A stretch of DNA of 64,000 bases from a virus (Duplodnaviria; Caudoviricetes), in the IMG/VR virus record IMGVR_UViG_3300009873_000011, positions 6,831-70,830 of that record; one strand, given 5' to 3'. The notes under the pieces were generated by a model. The model was not told the origin of the DNA and searched no databases. It worked only from the letters and a program-made list of their open reading frames with translations. Of the stretch, positions 60,684 to 64,000 are shown piece by piece; positions within the stretch are counted from its first letter, which is position 1, and each line of letters begins with the position of its first letter. Made by a program: the position numbers and the translations under genes.

Positions 60684-61098
60684 TTCGACTGACCCCTGCT
60701 TTTGTGTGCTAGTAGCCGACTCCTATATCGCCAGGAGTAACTCTTACAGGCTAAAGGGCCACCCCTCTCGCCTGTGTATCACCCGGACCTGGCCTGAGTT
60801 TCACTCCAAGCTACAGTCCTCTTGGAATGTGGTCCTCATCTCTGGTCCCGTGTGGGGAACCCCTGGAGTGGACCACATCTCCACCACAGCCGAGACCCTG
60901 ATTGACGCGTTTAAACGAGGAAAAATCGAAGCAGTGGTGGTGAATGCCTCTGTTGAGAACTGGGGGGAAAACCTAACCCGTCTTCTCAAAGAAGCAGGAG
61001 TACCAGCTGACTGGTACCCGTACAACTACGCTGAGCCTTCTAAGCATGTGCGTAGAGAGGTTAGCCTCTTTCGAAAGGAAAAAGCATATGAGCACTAA
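60670..61098 (+). CDS. hypothetical protein
   Basis: Overlapping operon member. Confidence 0.5.
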   Translation: MTLTDSTDPCFCVLVADSYIARSNSYRLKGHPSRLCITRTWPEFHSKLQSSWNVVLISGPVWGTPGVDHISTTAETLIDAFKRGKIEAVVVNASVENWGENLTRLLKEAGVPADWYPYNYAEPSKHVRREVSLFRKEKAYEH

Positions 61099-62275
61099 GT
61101 CGGTTCCGTCTGAGTGGGATAAGTTGTACATGAGTAAGATCGGACATGACACCGAGTTCTTCCTCGAAACCCCCCGGGGAAGGGTGGTTCCTTCCTACGA
61201 GTTCTTCAAGCAGAAGGAGGAGGAGCCGGTTAGGTACTTGTCCAGAACGGATTACGATAATGGGCCTAGGTACTTGCCCTTCCCTGAGAACCTCCCCAGT
61301 GAGCGCAGAGACTGGCTTCGTCGCGTCCCCGCAGCGCATTCCCAGATGAAGGTTTTCCGAGACGGCCTCGCGGTGGAGTTCAACGGGGTTCCCGAAACCT
61401 GCCGGGGGTTTCTCTGGAACGATCAGGTGGTGGCCACCAACATGGCGAGCTGGAGACTTCCCGGGGGGGTCAGATTCACCACCAAGCCAGTGATGCGCGT
61501 CACGAGAGAGCTTGTGAAGAACTTCCCTCCGGACCTGAAAGTGCTCGGCTGCTCTCCCACTCAGGATGCCTACACCGGGACGGTCAAGAGCCTGAGAGGA
61601 GTTGATCCCCTCAAGCTCCCCTTCCGCACCTCTGGGGCACACCTGCACATGAGCTTCGTGGCCCGAGCTACAGGGCGGTCTGTGGCTATTCCTGCTCACC
61701 TCTGGGCACCCTTCATCAAGGTGGCTGATCTGCTTATCGGGGTTCCCTTTACCTATGTCTTCGGGGATGAGCTGGAGTTCAAGCGGAGAACTCTTTACGG
61801 TACTGCTGGGGAGTTCAGGCGGCAGATTTATCCCTCAGGACATCAAGGCCTGGAGTACCGGGCGCTCTCTTCTCGCCTCTGGAACCACCCCATGACCTTC
61901 TCCCTGTTCACCGGGATCTGGAAGTACATCTTGGGAACTACCTCCATCACCGAGGCTCTCATCGAGAAGTGGGATCCCGCGTGGGAGCCGGATATCCAAG
62001 CGGCGATCAACCTCGGGGATGAGGTGGCCCTGAAGAAGATGCTGGAGGTTGGGGCGAAGCTGTACCCATTTCAAGACAGCAATGCACTTACTACCTATAG
62101 TGCCTCCAAGCCCGATACGCTGAAGATCTGGGCTGGGCTGAGAGAGTGGCGGAAGATGGGGAAGTTGAACACCTTCGCTCTCATGGACCCCGCTGTCCCT
62201 GAGGGCCACTACGGGTGGCAGCACTACTCTAACTACTCAGAGTTCACTGGGGTGGTTCGGAATGCAAAACTCTAA
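61088..62275 (+). CDS. phiEco32-like COOH-NH2 ligase type 2
   Basis: IGHDTEFFL, DGLAVEFN, GCSPT.DAY, FRTSGAHLH, RR.LYG.AG.FR, GLEYR.LSS. Confidence 0.85.
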   Translation: MSTKSVPSEWDKLYMSKIGHDTEFFLETPRGRVVPSYEFFKQKEEEPVRYLSRTDYDNGPRYLPFPENLPSERRDWLRRVPAAHSQMKVFRDGLAVEFNGVPETCRGFLWNDQVVATNMASWRLPGGVRFTTKPVMRVTRELVKNFPPDLKVLGCSPTQDAYTGTVKSLRGVDPLKLPFRTSGAHLHMSFVARATGRSVAIPAHLWAPFIKVADLLIGVPFTYVFGDELEFKRRTLYGTAGEFRRQIYPSGHQGLEYRALSSRLWNHPMTFSLFTGIWKYILGTTSITEALIEKWDPAWEPDIQAAINLGDEVALKKMLEVGAKLYPFQDSNALTTYSASKPDTLKIWAGLREWRKMGKLNTFALMDPAVPEGHYGWQHYSNYSEFTGVVRNAKL

Positions 62276-62630
62276 GCTCCCCTCCTTCGAGGAGATGGTT
62301 GTTTGCCGACTAAGCCGGGATGCAACTGGAAAGTGCGACGCTTGCACCGAGGAAACCGACAAGCTCTGGAACAAGACAGACTACTTCCTCGTCATCAACT
62401 TCTCCGAGACCTGGTTCGCTCTCTGTCCCAAGCACGAGGCGGATCTCCTCAATTGGCTGATCGCTAACCGCATCAAGCGGATGAGTAAGGGGAAGAAGGT
62501 TTTCCCCGTGTCCAAGACCATGACTCTTGAGCTGCTCAACCTCGGGGATGGGGAAGAGGAGTGGGTGATTCAGGAAGACGCGGAGAACACTCCAAGTGTG
62601 CTAGAGCGTCTCACCGGAGGTGAGAGATGA
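62262..62630 (+). CDS. hypothetical Zn-binding protein
   Basis: CDAC ... LCPKH. Confidence 0.55.
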   Translation: MQNSKLPSFEEMVVCRLSRDATGKCDACTEETDKLWNKTDYFLVINFSETWFALCPKHEADLLNWLIANRIKRMSKGKKVFPVSKTMTLELLNLGDGEEEWVIQEDAENTPSVLERLTGGER

Positions 62631-62971
62631 GAAAGATCGGAGTTTACGGTTCCCTGAAGAAGGGTTTTTACAACCACTACTTGCTGGGGGAGGCAAACCC
62701 ACAAGGTAAGGCCATCCTCCGGGGTTACACCCTCCACTCACTGGGAGCCTATCCCGCAGTGGTGGAGGGCTCTCCGAAGGATCTCGTCAGCCTAGAACTC
62801 TACGAGGTGGATCCTACCACCTTCACCTGGCTGGACAGGATGGAGAAACTCGCAGGCTACAAGCAAGTTGAGCACCAGGACGGGTTCATCTTCTGGGCCT
62901 TCCCGGAGGCTTATGGTTACCCCCAGGTTCCCCCTGACTCTTCCGGAGTGGCAGTGTGGAGGGAGAAGTGA
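62627..62971 (+). CDS. gamma-glutamylcyclotransferase (AIG2-like)
   Basis: VYGSLKKG..NH, LGAYPA, ELYEV, LDRMEK. Confidence 0.88.
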   Translation: MRKIGVYGSLKKGFYNHYLLGEANPQGKAILRGYTLHSLGAYPAVVEGSPKDLVSLELYEVDPTTFTWLDRMEKLAGYKQVEHQDGFIFWAFPEAYGYPQVPPDSSGVAVWREK

Positions 62972-63519
62972 AGATCATCTCCACAACCTCAGTTGAGCTG
63001 AGCAAGAAGCAAGAGTTTGTCCCCCACTTCTCGGTAGAAATGGAGGACGCGGGTCTAAGGCTGCAGCTGGTTTCCCCCATTCTGGCTTCTTTCCTTTCCA
63101 AGCAGTCCACCACCACCACTCACCGCGGTGGTGGGATATGGACTGGAAGGGTCTTCTACGTGCCTACCAGATCCGAAATCACCCGTGGCTTGTGGCTCGG
63201 CGCGGGACATGGCTACTTCAACGAGGATGGGAACCGGATCAACATGATCTGGCTCTTCGACTCGGAGTTCCTGAAAACAGGTTCTCTAAACATCCTACTC
63301 CCCGAGCCGATGACGCCGAACAACTTGGAGGACTTCTTCCACGAGGCTTCCACCGCCCTGCGGGATTTCTACCTCACCAAGGTGAGGAAGGTGAAGTTGA
63401 GCCTCTCCCTTGCGGTGGAGGACGTGGAGCCAGAGGAGGAGGAGGAGGAATATCCTGTAGAGGAGACCCATCCAGACATCGAGGATGACGCGCTGCAGCC
63501 GGAGGACGAGGATGCCTAG
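62968..63519 (+). CDS. hypothetical protein with acidic C-terminus
   Basis: GTGA overlap; GGAG RBS. Confidence 0.55.
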   Translation: MKIISTTSVELSKKQEFVPHFSVEMEDAGLRLQLVSPILASFLSKQSTTTTHRGGGIWTGRVFYVPTRSEITRGLWLGAGHGYFNEDGNRINMIWLFDSEFLKTGSLNILLPEPMTPNNLEDFFHEASTALRDFYLTKVRKVKLSLSLAVEDVEPEEEEEEYPVEETHPDIEDDALQPEDEDA

Positions 63520-64000
63520 GAGAATCGACAAGGTTGGCTTTGAGATCGAAGGGGGCTGGGGCGGGAAGCCTGGAGTTTCCCCTTTCCCTGACATCTCCCT
63601 CATCCGGGAGGGCTCGATCAATGGGCAGACTCTCCATGGGGCTAAACCCATCCAGGCTGTACACATCGGGGAAGTAGTCTCGGAGCCCCTAGACTACGAA
63701 ACAGGGAAATGGCAGGACTGGCTGACCTCCCACTGGCCGAACGCGGATCCGCCTAACCGCACCAACCGCACCTGTGGGTACCACATCCACCTTTCCACCC
63801 TCTCCCTGAAGGACTACGCCCTTCTAGGGTCGAAGAGCTTCCTCTTCTCCCTCGCTGAGACCTTCAACCGCCTGGGGAAAGCGCTAGACCTCCCCAAGAA
63901 GCACGTCTTCTGGGAGAGGATGACCGGCCAGAACACCTTCTGCACCCTTGATTTCAACCCCTCCCGACAGATGCAGGTGGCGATGAAGGGAGGGAGAAAC
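63512..64000 (+). CDS. putative amidoligase (partial, runs off the window)
   Basis: KVGFEIEG, EVVSEPL, NRTCGYHIHLS. Confidence 0.8.
   Translation, partial: MPRRIDKVGFEIEGGWGGKPGVSPFPDISLIREGSINGQTLHGAKPIQAVHIGEVVSEPLDYETGKWQDWLTSHWPNADPPNRTNRTCGYHIHLSTLSLKDYALLGSKSFLFSLAETFNRLGKALDLPKKHVFWERMTGQNTFCTLDFNPSRQMQVAMKGGRN

Noticed and set aside
1-64000. Alternative genetic code or suppressor tRNA
   Set aside because: Long genes are intact under code 11 and no CTA, TTA or TCA anticodon was found
1-64000. CRISPR array, integrase, reverse transcriptase/DGR
   Set aside because: No spaced direct repeats or matching catalytic motifs were seen

Overview
The whole window is tailed-phage DNA (Caudoviricetes; portal, adaptors, tail-stabilisation and ejection genes but no tape measure or sheath, so podovirus-like). 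I see no host genes, integrase, CRISPR array or rRNA. + strand 1-20.9 kb: PD-(D/E)XK nuclease; a 31-tRNA array covering all 20 amino acids, interleaved with 4 HNH genes, an HNH remnant, several structured non-tRNA spacers, a GGQ ribosome-rescue factor and a YkuK-like nuclease; Sak4-like ATPase; glycoside-hydrolase lipoprotein; lysis genes; a GT2/methyltransferase/two PLOD-like glycosyltransferase cassette; and a UDG-fused family A polymerase split in two. - strand 20.9-52.9 kb: virion and packaging genes. + strand 53.5-64 kb: early genes and an amidoligase/GGCT module. Most notable: (i) two tRNA-Thr genes sharing a non-canonical AGCGTTA T-loop, which standard scans may miss; (ii) HNH ORFs whose ATG follows a tRNA CCA directly and whose stop lies inside the next tRNA; (iii) a UAU-anticodon tRNA with a long variable arm; (iv) endonucleases flanked by recoded copies of neighbouring gene ends; (v) a shared SGITxTPFxD N-terminal motif in two small late proteins. 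All family calls are from motif recognition by eye, not database searches.
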